From assembly GCA_031539345.1 (NCBI GenBank), contig JAVKMO010000013.1:1276-65275 (forward strand): a stretch of 64,000 nt of DNA, in the 5' to 3' direction. Origin of the DNA: Chitinophagales bacterium (GTDB lineage Bacteria > Bacteroidota > Bacteroidia > Chitinophagales > Chitinophagaceae). The first letter of the stretch is position 1, and every line of letters starts with the position of its first letter. Under the pieces are notes generated by a model. It saw only the letters and a list, made by a program, of their open reading frames with translations. It was not told the origin of the DNA and did no database searches. Position numbers and translations under genes: made by a program. Shown piece by piece: positions 10,626 to 22,000 of this stretch.

Positions 10626-11750
10626 ATGACACTCTTAAAACGCACACTATCTTGTTTGATGGCTTTAATATTAATCGCTTGTCAAAATACCAATCAACCA
10701 TTTAAAGTAGAAACGTTTTTTATAGGCACATATACCGATAAAATATACACCCTACAGTTTGACAAAATGAAAGGCTCTTTAACTTTAATAGATTCGGTTA
10801 AAGGAATCCCCAATCCTTCATTTCTAAGTTTAGATAGTCAAAACCATTTTTTATATGTTGTCAATGAAAACAATACCGGCAGCTTAAGTAAATGGAGTGC
10901 TTCTAATAATGCGTTAAAAATTTTAGACACACAAGCCATAAAAGGCATACACCCTTGTTATGTATCATTAAGTCATACAAAAAAATATTTGGGAATTGCG
11001 AATTATACGAGCGGAGACATTATGATTAGAAATTTGCAAAACCATACTGATTCAATAATTGTCATACCAGAAAAAAACACGAATAAAAAAAACTCTCATC
11101 TTGTATCACATGCACATAGCCTTGTTTTTTTACCTCATAATGACACGCAATTTGTAACGGCTAATTTGGGTTTAGACCGATTAACTTTTTATACCATAGT
11201 CTATAGAAATAAGCTAAATAAGACTATGATTAATCAAGAAATTTTATTGCCTAAAGGTTCTGGCCCAAGGCATTTAATTTTTTCACCTATTGATAAAAAT
11301 CGTTTGTATGTTATCAATGAATTAGGCGGATATGTATCTTTTCTATCAAAAAATAATAACCAATGGCAAATTGTTCAAAACATACCTAGTGATACTACGA
11401 TTCGTCAAAAAGAAGACGTTAGTGGCTCTGCAGATATTCATATTACAACTGATGGCAAGTTTTTATATACCAGCAACAGACTCACGTCTAATAGCATTTC
11501 TGTATTTAGCATTGACCCGAAAGGTTTGTTGAAATTTATTCAACAAATTAGAACACCCAAACACCCACGTAATTTTTTAATTACAACAAATCAACAATAT
11601 ATTTTTGTTGCAAGTAGAGATGAAAATAGTGTAAGTGTCTATAAACGAAATATGCAAAATGGGTTATTGACAGAAACGCCTATAAGTCAAATAAATATTC
11701 CCAAACCTGTTTGTATAGCCACCGCTTACCAAAGGTTGATGAGTCAATAA
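10626..11750 (+). CDS. lactonase-family 7-bladed beta-propeller lipoprotein (6-phosphogluconolactonase-like)
   Basis: 374 aa. Lipobox LILIACQ. Repeated propeller-like segments with motifs HPCYVSL, GPRHLIFSP and HPRNFLIT, typical of the Pgl/lactonase family. Confidence 0.7.
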   Translation: MTLLKRTLSCLMALILIACQNTNQPFKVETFFIGTYTDKIYTLQFDKMKGSLTLIDSVKGIPNPSFLSLDSQNHFLYVVNENNTGSLSKWSASNNALKILDTQAIKGIHPCYVSLSHTKKYLGIANYTSGDIMIRNLQNHTDSIIVIPEKNTNKKNSHLVSHAHSLVFLPHNDTQFVTANLGLDRLTFYTIVYRNKLNKTMINQEILLPKGSGPRHLIFSPIDKNRLYVINELGGYVSFLSKNNNQWQIVQNIPSDTTIRQKEDVSGSADIHITTDGKFLYTSNRLTSNSISVFSIDPKGLLKFIQQIRTPKHPRNFLITTNQQYIFVASRDENSVSVYKRNMQNGLLTETPISQINIPKPVCIATAYQRLMSQ

Positions 11751-11783
11751 TAAATCATTGATTTGTTTTTTTAAGCTCATTTT

Positions 11784-12464
11784 ATGACATTAATATTACT
11801 TGTTGCCTCCTTGTATCACATGAATATAAATTCATTTGTAATGGATAATAATGTTCATTTTAAAAACACAGCATTGAGTAAAACAAAAGCACGGATCGAA
11901 ATTCAAGATTCTTCCAACATACCACAAATGAAAGGTTCTTCTACCATACAACAAATCCAAGATTCTTCCAACATACAACAAATGCAAGGTTCTTCTACAA
12001 TACAACCAATGGAAGGTTCTTCTACCATAAAACAAATGATTGCTTTTTTAAAAATAAAAGATGACCGAAATCTTATAAGAGGCGTATGGTTAAATGGTGC
12101 AAAAAATGCACAAATAGAAATTTTTCAAACCGATTCTAATACATATGCAGGGAGAATAGTTTGGCTACGAGTGCCTATAGATACGCTAACCAAGAAACCT
12201 AAATTAGATAAATTGAACCCCGATACAACTCTCCGGAAACAACCACTTATAGGACTTGTTAGTTTTAAAAATTTTATTTATGAGGGAAAAGGAATTTGGA
12301 ATCAAGGCACAGGTTATGACCCAACAACTGGGAGAACCTATAATGGAAGAATCACAATGAATATAAAAAACGCGGATTTCAATAAAATAAAATTAACTGG
12401 TTATTGGAAAACGCCTTTGTTGAGAAGAAGTTCACTATGGATACGAATGAGTTTGCCAAATTAA
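11784..12464 (+). CDS. DUF2147-domain protein with an N-terminal 9-aa tandem-repeat insertion
   Basis: The C-terminal ~130 aa match the DUF2147 pattern (RGVWLNGAKNAQIEIF, YAGRIVWL, LDKLNPDTTLRKQPLIG). The N-terminus is atypical and the true start is uncertain. Confidence 0.6.
   Translation: MTLILLVASLYHMNINSFVMDNNVHFKNTALSKTKARIEIQDSSNIPQMKGSSTIQQIQDSSNIQQMQGSSTIQPMEGSSTIKQMIAFLKIKDDRNLIRGVWLNGAKNAQIEIFQTDSNTYAGRIVWLRVPIDTLTKKPKLDKLNPDTTLRKQPLIGLVSFKNFIYEGKGIWNQGTGYDPTTGRTYNGRITMNIKNADFNKIKLTGYWKTPLLRRSSLWIRMSLPN
11901..12035. repeat. in-frame tandem repeat, 27-bp unit x5 (also readable as 54 bp x2.5)
   Basis: Encodes IQDSSNIPQ / MKGSSTIQQ / IQDSSNIQQ / MQGSSTIQP / MEGSSTIKQ. The DNA copies are near-identical. 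Confidence 0.8.
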
Positions 12465-12669
12465 AACCATTGCAAAACTATTGACACATTTTGTTTCATT
12501 CAAAGCAATTATATTCGTATGGCATTTTCATCGTCAAACTATTTATTGTCTGAAGAAAGTCTTCAACACTTGGTTGCCGGCATAGTGGTGTTAAAAATAA
12601 TTTTCACTCATATCAATAAAAAAAATAATTGGTTTCGCAGCGGTATCTAAATCCTATTATCATTGTCGC

Positions 12670-13254
12670 ATGAAGATTGTAATTATTAAATACAACGCAG
12701 GGAATACAGCATCTTTGAATTATGCTTTACAACGCATAGGATACGAATCGATTATTAGTGATGACGAAAAGATAATTCAGTCTGCCGATAAAATTTTATT
12801 TCCAGGTCAAGGCGAAGCATCAAGTGCGATGCAATTTTTACAAGAAAAAAAAATAGACATACTCATCAAACAATTGCAACAACCTGTTTTAGGAATTTGC
12901 GTTGGCTTGCAATTACTCTGTATGTTTTCTGAAGAAGGTGAAACAAAGTGTATTGATATCATACCTGCTACGGTAAAAAAAATACCTCCTCCTGCAAAAG
13001 TTCCGCATATTGGTTGGAATACAATAACAAAATTACAAACGCCTTTATTTGCAAATGTTTTAGAAGGAGCTTATGTATATTATGCGAATAGCTTTTGTGT
13101 TCCGCCAATTAAACAAAGCATAGCACTGACAAATTATCACCAAAATTTTTCGGCAGCCTTACACCATAAAAATTTTTACGGTATTCAATTTCATCCAGAA
13201 AAATCGGGTCTTGTTGGAGAACAAATTTTACGCAATTTCTTAACCTTATGCTAA
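12670..13254 (+). CDS. hisH: imidazole glycerol phosphate synthase, glutamine amidotransferase subunit
   Basis: 194 aa. Catalytic Cys in PVLGICVGLQLL. C-terminal GIQFHPEKSG. Confidence 0.9.
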   Translation: MKIVIIKYNAGNTASLNYALQRIGYESIISDDEKIIQSADKILFPGQGEASSAMQFLQEKKIDILIKQLQQPVLGICVGLQLLCMFSEEGETKCIDIIPATVKKIPPPAKVPHIGWNTITKLQTPLFANVLEGAYVYYANSFCVPPIKQSIALTNYHQNFSAALHHKNFYGIQFHPEKSGLVGEQILRNFLTLC

Positions 13255-13979
13255 AGAATAAAATCGACATTATACCAGCAATAGACATTATCAATGGTCA
13301 TTGTGTACGCCTTGTTAAGGGCGACTATCAGCAACAAACAACTTACCATACACAACCTTTAGATATTGCAAAAACATATCAAGACAATGGTATTCAGCGT
13401 TTACATTTAGTCGATTTAGATGGTGCAAAAGCAGGAGCAATTAAAAATTTATTTGTTTTAGAAACGATTGCAAAACACACTACATTGACCATAGATTTTG
13501 GCGGAGGTATTCAAACAAAACAAGACGTACAAAATATTTTTAATGCTGGTGCAACTATGGTGAGTGTCGGTAGTCTTGCCATCAAAAACAAACCCTTGTG
13601 GCAAGAATTAATTTCAATGTATGGACCAGAAAAAATTTTATTAGGAGCAGATGTTAAAAACGAAAAGATAGCGATTAGCGGCTGGTTAGAACAAACTCAA
13701 ATTTCACTCTCTGATTTTTTAGAAGAAAACAGTCAGCTTGGTATTCAAAAAATTTTCATTACCGATATTCATAAAGACGGACTTTTACAAGGACCGGCAA
13801 TAGAATTATATTCAAAAATTCATTTGCAATTTCCGCACCTACAAATTATTGCCAGCGGAGGTATCCATGTGATTGAAGATATACAATATTTATTAGATGT
13901 AGGTTGCAGTGGCGTGATTATTGGCAAAGCAATCTATGAAAACAAAATTTCACTTCAACAATTAAAAACTTTTTTGTAA
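13248..13979 (+). CDS. hisA: ProFAR isomerase
   Basis: 243 aa. IIPAIDIINGHCVRLVKGDY, LHLVDLDGAK, IASGGI, GVIIGKAIYE. Overlaps hisH by 7 nt. Confidence 0.9.
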   Translation: MLKNKIDIIPAIDIINGHCVRLVKGDYQQQTTYHTQPLDIAKTYQDNGIQRLHLVDLDGAKAGAIKNLFVLETIAKHTTLTIDFGGGIQTKQDVQNIFNAGATMVSVGSLAIKNKPLWQELISMYGPEKILLGADVKNEKIAISGWLEQTQISLSDFLEENSQLGIQKIFITDIHKDGLLQGPAIELYSKIHLQFPHLQIIASGGIHVIEDIQYLLDVGCSGVIIGKAIYENKISLQQLKTFL

Positions 13980-14163
13980 TCGCAATTTGTTTGAACAACG
14001 CTTAACTTTGACTCATTATTGAATTTGTTTTGCTACCCTAAATCATTTTGTTAACTAAAATGTTCAGCCTTATTAATATTTATTTTACCATTTATAGTTT
14101 TTTTTTTTAGTTTCGTTGAACTTCTCTTTTATTACATTACCCTATCATTTAATTCGTATTTGT

Positions 14164-15504
14164 ATGAACAAATTATTAGCTACTAAAACAATAATTTTTT
14201 TCGTTTTTTATGTTTTTGTTGTGTCTATATTATCTTCATGTAAACTCATGCCATTTTCAAACAATAACCTGGTGTCAAACAGACCGCCTGACGATGGAAT
14301 GGTACACGGAACTTACACACAAAGTCATTCTCCTTTAACACCATTAGGAATGGTTTATGTGCCACCTGGGGTAAATATAATGGGGCAACCAGATGAAAAC
14401 AGTAAAATACATTCTTTGACAATGAAGCAAAGAAATGTAACCATAGAAGGTTTTTGGATGGATGCTACAGAGACAACAAACAATCAATATCGTCAATATG
14501 TTACATGGGTATTAGATTCTATTACTGCAAAACTCTTAGGTTTTATTGTTGCAGATGCTGAGGGAAATGAAGCTGTGGATTGGGTGAAATATTATGAATA
14601 TGGAAATTCAAAGACGCCTATTTCTAATGAAGAATTAGTCGGAAAACTTTCTCCTATTACGATACCAAAACAAAATTTGCCATTGAACTTAGCAAAAAAA
14701 CTATATGTAATCAATGTTGATAAAATTATTTATCATTATGAAGACTACGATTTAAGAGAAGTGAGTAGTCCTGCCAATAGAAAAAAATCCCTAAAACAAA
14801 TGATTAGAAAGTATGACGTTAAAGTTTATCCTGATACATTTGTTTGGTTGAGAGATTTTTCTTATAGCTATAACGAGCCGATGGCAAGAAAATACTATAG
14901 TGACCCTTCTTTTGGAAATTATCCTGTTGTTGGAGTAAATTGGAAGCAAGCCGTTGCTTTTTGTAATTGGAGAACAAATTTAATGAATAGTTATTTATCT
15001 CGACAAAGTAGATTAGAAAGAAAAGATTATTTTAGATTGCCTTCTGATTATGAATGGGAATATGCGGCCAAAGGAGGAAGAATAAAAACTGTTTATCCTT
15101 GGGGTAATTATTATTTACGTAATAAAAAAGGCTGTTTATTAGCCAACTTTAAACCAAGAAGAGGTGATTATGCAGAAGACGGTGCTATCACAACTGCAAA
15201 AGCAGATGCCTATTGGCCAAATGACTTCGGATTATACAATATGTCAGGAAATGTGTCTGAGTGGACAAATTCTATTTACTATGAAGGTTCATCTGTTTTA
15301 ATGAATGACTTGAATCCCAATGTTGAGTATACAGCTAAGAAAAGTGATCCTTTAGCCATGACAAGGAAAATTATAAAGGGAGGTAGCTGGAAAGATATAG
15401 GTAATTTATTGCAACTTGGGTCTAAATCTTATGAATATCAAGATACTGTAAAATCATATTTAGGATTCAGAACAGTGATCAGTTTGCCTTTAGTTAATTT
15501 ATAA
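14164..15504 (+). CDS. gldK: gliding motility / T9SS lipoprotein GldK (FGE-sulfatase-like domain)
   Basis: I prefer the ATG at 14164 (MNKLLATKTIIFF...ILSSC lipobox) over the TTG at 14116 in the track. SUMF1/FGE-like motifs YPVVGVNWKQAVAFCNWR, GNVSEWT, GGSWKD. First gene of the gldKLMN order. Confidence 0.9.
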   Translation: MNKLLATKTIIFFVFYVFVVSILSSCKLMPFSNNNLVSNRPPDDGMVHGTYTQSHSPLTPLGMVYVPPGVNIMGQPDENSKIHSLTMKQRNVTIEGFWMDATETTNNQYRQYVTWVLDSITAKLLGFIVADAEGNEAVDWVKYYEYGNSKTPISNEELVGKLSPITIPKQNLPLNLAKKLYVINVDKIIYHYEDYDLREVSSPANRKKSLKQMIRKYDVKVYPDTFVWLRDFSYSYNEPMARKYYSDPSFGNYPVVGVNWKQAVAFCNWRTNLMNSYLSRQSRLERKDYFRLPSDYEWEYAAKGGRIKTVYPWGNYYLRNKKGCLLANFKPRRGDYAEDGAITTAKADAYWPNDFGLYNMSGNVSEWTNSIYYEGSSVLMNDLNPNVEYTAKKSDPLAMTRKIIKGGSWKDIGNLLQLGSKSYEYQDTVKSYLGFRTVISLPLVNL

Positions 15505-15547
15505 TTTTATTTATTCTTTTATTTATTAAAATTTACAATCTTTTATT

Positions 15548-16384
15548 ATGGTTAAATATTTTGGCACACACAAAGGAAAAGTCTTTATTAATGTATTTGT
15601 TTCGCTTGGAGCTGTATTAGTAATTTTGGGTGCTTTAGGTAAAATTTTGCATGCAAGTTGGGGAACAATGGCAATTACCATAGGTATGCTTGCAGAGTGT
15701 ATTATCTTCCTTATGATGGCAGTTGTTCCTGTGGAACACCATGTTCATTGGGAGCGTTATTATCCAGAAATCAATAAAGATCCCTTAAATGAGTATGACG
15801 AAAATGGTGAATTGCCAGCTCAAAAAGTAACTTTTATGGCAGGAGGAGGTACTTCTGCGTCATCTAATCCAGCGTTAGATCATTTAGATGAAATGCTAGA
15901 ACAAGCTGAAATCAATCCTAAGAATTTAAAAAGATTAGCAGAAAATTTCGAAAAATTTAATAATACAATTAATAAAATATCAGACTCTGGTGCAATAGCT
16001 ATTTCTACAGTTGATTTGTCAAACAAAACAAAAGAGGCTACTGAAGCATTAGAAACTCTTAAAAAATCTTATTTAGATTCTGCAAAAGAAATGAATTCTA
16101 ATAATTTTACAGAAGGAATTAAAGTATTTTATGATCAAATGTTTAGTTTGACTAAAAATATTTCTTCATTAAATAATATTTATGGGGTAGAAATTCAAGA
16201 TACACTGCAAGAAATAAAAAAAATAAAAGGATATTTTAAAAATATGAATGACGTTTCTGTTGAACTTAATTCTACAATCACAGAAGTTCAGCAATCGAGA
16301 GAACAAATTAGTATATTAGTTAACAATTTGTCTAATTTAAACGAAGTGTATGGTAGGGTATTAACGGCTATGCAAGGCAAATAA
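15548..16384 (+). CDS. gldL: gliding motility / T9SS protein GldL
   Basis: 278 aa. Two N-terminal TM helices (VFINVFVSLGAVLVILGALGKILH and AITIGMLAECIIFLMMAV, with the conserved membrane Glu), then a cytoplasmic coiled region. Positioned between gldK and gldM. Confidence 0.85.
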   Translation: MVKYFGTHKGKVFINVFVSLGAVLVILGALGKILHASWGTMAITIGMLAECIIFLMMAVVPVEHHVHWERYYPEINKDPLNEYDENGELPAQKVTFMAGGGTSASSNPALDHLDEMLEQAEINPKNLKRLAENFEKFNNTINKISDSGAIAISTVDLSNKTKEATEALETLKKSYLDSAKEMNSNNFTEGIKVFYDQMFSLTKNISSLNNIYGVEIQDTLQEIKKIKGYFKNMNDVSVELNSTITEVQQSREQISILVNNLSNLNEVYGRVLTAMQGK

Positions 16385-16446
16385 ATTCCTTCTGCTTTTA
16401 AATTAAATCAGTCTCATTTCGAAATTTTATACTAAAATAAATAAAA

Positions 16447-17973
16447 ATGGCAGGAGCAAAAGACCCCCGTTCAATGATGATAGGAATGATGTATTTAGTG
16501 TTGATGGCACTATTGGCATTAAACGTTTCTTCTGAAGTAATGAATGCTTTTAGAATACTAAATGAAAGTTTGGAAACTTCTATAACATCAATCACCAATA
16601 AAAATGATTTGTTATTTTCTCAATTCGATAAAGAAATTAAAGCACAAGGAGAATTTAAGGTACGACCTTATAAGGAAAAAGCACAGAAGATGAGAACAGC
16701 ATCAAAACAAACTGTAGATTACATTAATTCATTAATTAAAAAAGTTATTGCAGCATCTGATCCAAAGCCAAATGGAACATATAAAGAATCCGATTTAAAT
16801 GCATCGTCAAGAATTTTTGTTGAAGAAGGAGAAGGAGATAAATTAAAAGGAAATCTTCAAAAAATTATTGATTTGTATGGTTCACTTATTAACCCTGAAG
16901 ATAAAATTCGGTTAATGAAATCACTTTCTTTAAAACTAGAAATGCCTAAACCTGATCCAGAAAAAGGTGAAGAAACGACTGCTCCTTCATGGGCATCTTT
17001 ACATTTTCATGGCATGGCAAGTATTGGAGGTATAACAATTTTAAATAAGTTTAAAAATGATATTGTTAATGTAGAAGGATCTTTGATAGAATATTTGCTT
17101 AATAAAATAGATGCTTTAGATATTAAATTTGATAAATTCGAGCCTCTGATTAATGCAAATTCTACATATTTAATGTTGGGGCAAAAATTTGAAGCAACCA
17201 TTGCTGTTGGAGCTTTTAGTTCTACTTCTCAACCTCGAATTTTAGTTAATGGAGTGCCTCTTCCAGTCCGAGATGGAAAAGCTACTTATGTTGAAGATAT
17301 GCAAAGTCCTGGTAAGCGAATTATAAGAACAACCGTTGTAATGCGTTTACCAGATGGAAGAGACCAACCGTTTAATAAAGATATAGAAATCAATGTTGGT
17401 ATCCCTTCTGGTCCTGTTGTTACTGCGGATAAAGTAAATGTATTGTATCGAGGTATAGAAAATCCAGTTACTGTTTCTAGTGGTCCAGTTGGACAAGAAC
17501 GAATAAAAGTTGCCATGACAAATTGTAAATTTTCAGGGTCTGGTTCTAGCTATAATGTTATTCCTGGAGATGGTCCAGAAACTGCAGTTTCTGTAAGTAT
17601 TGATGGTAAAACTTCGGTCTATAAATTTAGAGTAAAGGATATTCCTCCTCCCGTTCCTGCCGTTGGTGAATTTTCTGGAGGTCTAGTTCCTACAGCTCAA
17701 TTTAAAGCTGAAGGGGGATTGAGAGCCTTATTAAAAGATTTTCTTTTTGAAGGGTTGAATTTTACTGTTGTTGGTTATAAAATCGGAGGAAATGGACCAG
17801 GTTTTGATGGTTTTAGAATTGAAAATAATGAAGGCGGAAGATGGGTGAATCGAGCAAAAGGAATTGTGGATCAAGCTAAACCAGGTGCATTGATTTATAT
17901 TGATGATATTCAAGTAAAAGGACCTGATGGGAAAGTTAGAAAATTGAATAGTATTGCCTTTAAATTAAAATAA
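16447..17973 (+). CDS. gldM: gliding motility / T9SS protein GldM
   Basis: 508 aa. N-terminus MAGAKDPRSMMIGMMYLVLMALLALNVSSEV is characteristic of GldM/PorM. Single TM plus a periplasmic multi-domain body. Confidence 0.9.
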   Translation: MAGAKDPRSMMIGMMYLVLMALLALNVSSEVMNAFRILNESLETSITSITNKNDLLFSQFDKEIKAQGEFKVRPYKEKAQKMRTASKQTVDYINSLIKKVIAASDPKPNGTYKESDLNASSRIFVEEGEGDKLKGNLQKIIDLYGSLINPEDKIRLMKSLSLKLEMPKPDPEKGEETTAPSWASLHFHGMASIGGITILNKFKNDIVNVEGSLIEYLLNKIDALDIKFDKFEPLINANSTYLMLGQKFEATIAVGAFSSTSQPRILVNGVPLPVRDGKATYVEDMQSPGKRIIRTTVVMRLPDGRDQPFNKDIEINVGIPSGPVVTADKVNVLYRGIENPVTVSSGPVGQERIKVAMTNCKFSGSGSSYNVIPGDGPETAVSVSIDGKTSVYKFRVKDIPPPVPAVGEFSGGLVPTAQFKAEGGLRALLKDFLFEGLNFTVVGYKIGGNGPGFDGFRIENNEGGRWVNRAKGIVDQAKPGALIYIDDIQVKGPDGKVRKLNSIAFKLK

Positions 17974-18009
17974 TTTATTACTATTAACATTTTATAAATT
18001 GCGATTCAT

Positions 18010-18972
18010 ATGAAAAAATATTTTATTCAATTCGGAGCATTAGCTTTCTTTTCTTTTACAGTTATCGTTGCTTATGGTCAGAAAACTGGATCTAGCGATT
18101 TTAGTGTTTCTTATGCAAATAAAGCCGAAGGTGCTAAGGCTAATAGTAATTTTGACCCATTAGGTGTTAGTGAATGGTCTCCTTCTAAAGTTAATGACAA
18201 CGTTTTTAATATTAAAAAACCTCGTCAAAAAGTTGTTCTTCCGTATCGCTTTTTAAGAGAGGAAGATATTTTATACAGAGTGAAAGTGATTAGAGAAATT
18301 CCAATTAATGAAAAAATTAACATGCCATTTCGTTATAACATCGATGAAGATAATGGTAATCAAAGATTTATTATGTTGTTATTAAAAGGGTTAAAAGCAA
18401 AAAAAATAAAAGCCTATAGCCCGGTTGATGATAGATTTACAGAGCCATTAAATTATCAAGAATTAACGGATGTTATTGTTGGGCAACCAGAAGTTATTCA
18501 GGTTACGGATTGGTCTGATCCATCAGGGAATACAAAAAGAGATTCTTTGATTGTTAACGAATTTGATCCTCAGTCTGTTGAATATTATAGAGTGAAAGAA
18601 GAATGGGTTTTTGATGTAGCTGGCGGACAATTGTATAGCAGAACTTTAGGAGTTGCTCCATTAAAAAATGTATTAAATGCAGACGGAAGTGTTAGAGACA
18701 GGTCAGTAGTATTTTGGTTATATTATCCAGATTGCAGAGAGTATTTTGGTTCTTTAGAGATTTACAATCCGTTCAATTTATCTTATCGTTCGACATGGGA
18801 AGAACTTTGGGAGTCTAAGTACTATGGTTCTTATATAGTTAAATCTTCTATTCAAAATCCATATAATTTAAGTATTGCGGGGTATATAAAAGATCCTATT
18901 ATGAGATTAATGGAAAGTGAAAAAATTAAAAATGAAATTTTTAATTACGAACAAAATGTTTGGTCGTATTAA
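18010..18972 (+). CDS. gldN: gliding motility / T9SS protein GldN
   Basis: 320 aa with a signal peptide. It is the last gene of the conserved gldKLMN order. It has a RVKEEWVFD-type core. Confidence 0.85.
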   Translation: MKKYFIQFGALAFFSFTVIVAYGQKTGSSDFSVSYANKAEGAKANSNFDPLGVSEWSPSKVNDNVFNIKKPRQKVVLPYRFLREEDILYRVKVIREIPINEKINMPFRYNIDEDNGNQRFIMLLLKGLKAKKIKAYSPVDDRFTEPLNYQELTDVIVGQPEVIQVTDWSDPSGNTKRDSLIVNEFDPQSVEYYRVKEEWVFDVAGGQLYSRTLGVAPLKNVLNADGSVRDRSVVFWLYYPDCREYFGSLEIYNPFNLSYRSTWEELWESKYYGSYIVKSSIQNPYNLSIAGYIKDPIMRLMESEKIKNEIFNYEQNVWSY

Positions 18973-18999
18973 ATTTAATATGAAAATATTCTGATAAAA

Positions 19000-19030
19000 A
19001 ACTTGCTAGAAATGGCAAGTTTTTTATTTT
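19000..19030 (+). terminator. rho-independent terminator after gldN
   Basis: AACTTGC tagaaatg GCAAGTT, followed by TTTTTATTTT. Confidence 0.6.
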
Positions 19031-19070
19031 ATACTCAACAATCCAATCCATAATTCATACTTGTTTTAAC

Positions 19071-22000
19071 GTGAGGTTACATAGTTTAGAAATTAAGGGA
19101 TTTAAAAGTTTTCCCGACAAGACCGTAGTTCATTTTGATAATAAAATTACAGGAATAGTAGGTCCAAATGGTTGTGGAAAAAGTAATATTATAGATGCTA
19201 TTCGTTGGGTTGTTGGTGAACAAAAAATAGCCAATTTACGTTCTGAAAATTTGGAAAGCCTTGTTTTTAATGGATCAAAAACTCGTTCGTCAAGTGGCGT
19301 AGCTGAGGTTATTTTAACTTTTGAAAATACAAAAAATATTTTGCCTACAGAATATAGTATGGTTGCTATTTCAAGAAGGTTTTACAAAACGGGAGAAAGT
19401 GAATATCGGTTGAATGATGTTGCATGTAGGTTAAAAGATATTCAAAACTTATTGTTAGACACTGGTATAGGTTCTGATAGCTATTCGATTATCGAACTTG
19501 GCATGGTTGATGACTTAATTAAAGACAAAGACAATAGCAGACGGAAATTATTAGAACAAGCAGCAGGAATAACTATCTATAAAATTAGAAAAAAAGAAGC
19601 AAAACAAAAATTAGAATTAACACAAAATGATTTGGCAAGAATTGAAGACGTCTTGTTTGAAATTGCCGAACAAATGAAATTGTTGGAAACTCAAGCAAAG
19701 AGAGCCGAGAAATTCAACGAATTTAAAAAAGAGTATAAAGAGTATTCTATCCAATTCGGGAAACTTTCTACTAATGAACATGGAGAAAAATTACAAGCTA
19801 TTAATATAGAAATTCAATCTGTGCAAGACGGAATAATTGTCGTTGAAACAAACATGAGTGAATTGAATGCTTTGTTAGAAAAGCAAAAAATACAAGTCAT
19901 TGAAAAAGAAAAAAAGTTACAGGAGTTTCAAAAGAAATATAATGAACTCTTAAATGCCATTACGCAGAGTGAAAATGACCAAAAATTGCTTGTGCAGAGG
20001 GGAGAGTATTTGAACGATAGAGTGAAAAATATTGCGGGCACTATTCAAAACTCAAGCACACAATTACAACAATTAAATCAAGCGGTTGATTTGACAAAAC
20101 AACAACTCGCAGAGCAAGAAGATAATATCAAATTGTTTAGTGATAATGTCAATTTACAAAAAGAAAAATTAGCACACAGTAAACAGTCAATTGAGCAACA
20201 AAAAAACCATTTAGAAAATATCAGAACAGAAAATAAAAAATGGCAGATACAACAATTTGATCTTGAAAAAAAAATAGCTGTTTCTGAGGCTTCATTGAAT
20301 AATGTTAATGTTAATCTGCAACAAATTGAAACCGATAGCAATAGAAGAAAAGACATTTATCAAAACTTATTACTTGAAAAAGAACACTTAGAACAAAATT
20401 TGACACATCAGCAAAAAGAGCTGGAAACGAGAAAAGAAAAAAATCAACAAATTAAAAATCTGATTATTGAGCAACAAGAAACACTTGAATTAGAAAGGGA
20501 AAAATTGGGGGTAGAGAATAGAATTTTTGATGCAAAAAAGAATGAGTATGAATTGCTCAAAAGTGTTGTTGAAAAAATGGAGGGTTATCCAGAGAGTGTG
20601 AAATTTTTATTTAATAACCCTAATTGGGTAAACAGAACAATTCCAATTTTATCTGACCTCATTTATGTGCAAGAAAAATACAGAACAACCATTGAAAATT
20701 ATCTCAATCAATATTTGAATTATTATGTTGTAGAAACAAGAGAAGAGGCGGTAATGGCGGTAGAACTTTTATTTTCTAATCAAAAAGGAAAGGCTAATTT
20801 TTTAATTTTAGAAGAGTTTAGACATCAAATAAAAAAAGAAAAAGCATCCACAGAAAATACGTCTAATTTAATTTCTGCGTTAACAATATTAGAAACCGAA
20901 AATGCGTATGAACATTTGTTTGATTATTTATTAGGCGATGTATATATATTTAATCAACCAATAGAATCTTTTGCTACGTTGCATCACAATGGAGTGATTT
21001 TAATTGACATGAACGGAAAAATTGTTCATCAGCAATTTTCGGTAAGTGGAGGAAGTATTGGTTTGTTTGAAGGAAATAAAATAGGCAGGTTAAAAAATTT
21101 AGAAAAGAGCCTTGAATTTATTCATACGCAAACAAAAAAAGTAGAAGAACAAAAAAATCGTATTGCTCATATTCACCAATTGATTGTTACTAAAAATGGT
21201 GAAATTCAAGAACAAGAAGTTCAGCAAATACAAGCCAAAGTGAATGTGCTTACGAATGAAAAATTTGCTCTTGATAACAAAGTAGAAAGCACGTTGAGTT
21301 TGGATAGGGTAGAGAAAAAGAAAAAAGAAGATTTAGAAAAATTGAAACTCAATTACGAAGAAGGCATTTTAATCAACAAAAACAACCTGAGTGTTGTACG
21401 TGTCGATTTTGAAAAAACGGCAGAATTATTGAAAAATAGTCTTGTTGAATTTGAAAAAATATCAACAGAGTTTGTTGCTCAACAAGATTTGTATAATCAA
21501 ACCAATTTAACATTTTCGCAGAAACAAAATTATTTGAACAGCCTTAAACAAGAAGAAAAATTTAAAGTTGAACAAATTCAAAATTTAACGCAAACACTGA
21601 CGGCAAACACAACAGAAGTAGAAGCAATAACAAAATCAATTGCTGAATTGGGTGAGCAAATCAATCAAAAGAAAAATGAAGTATTGAATTTTTATCAACA
21701 AAAAGAACTGCAACATCAAGATTTGGTCAAGGAAGAGCAAGTGTATCAGACAATGAAATATGATTTGTTGGCAAAAGAAAATGAATTGAAACAATTGTTA
21801 AAAACAAAGGAAATTAATGACAAACAAATTGCTGGATTGAAAGACCAAGCAACAGAAATTAAACTTCGACTGACTAGCGTAAAAGAAAGGCTACAAGCCG
21901 AGTTTAATATTGAAATCGATGATATTGAAGAAGCAACAGCAGTGGCAAATATGAATTTAGACGAATTGAAAACGGGAATAGAAAAAATAAAAAAACGAAT

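Noticed and set aside
14116-14163. TTG-start extension of gldK
   Set aside because: The internal ATG gives a standard lipoprotein signal peptide (…ILSSC). The extension adds nothing recognisable.
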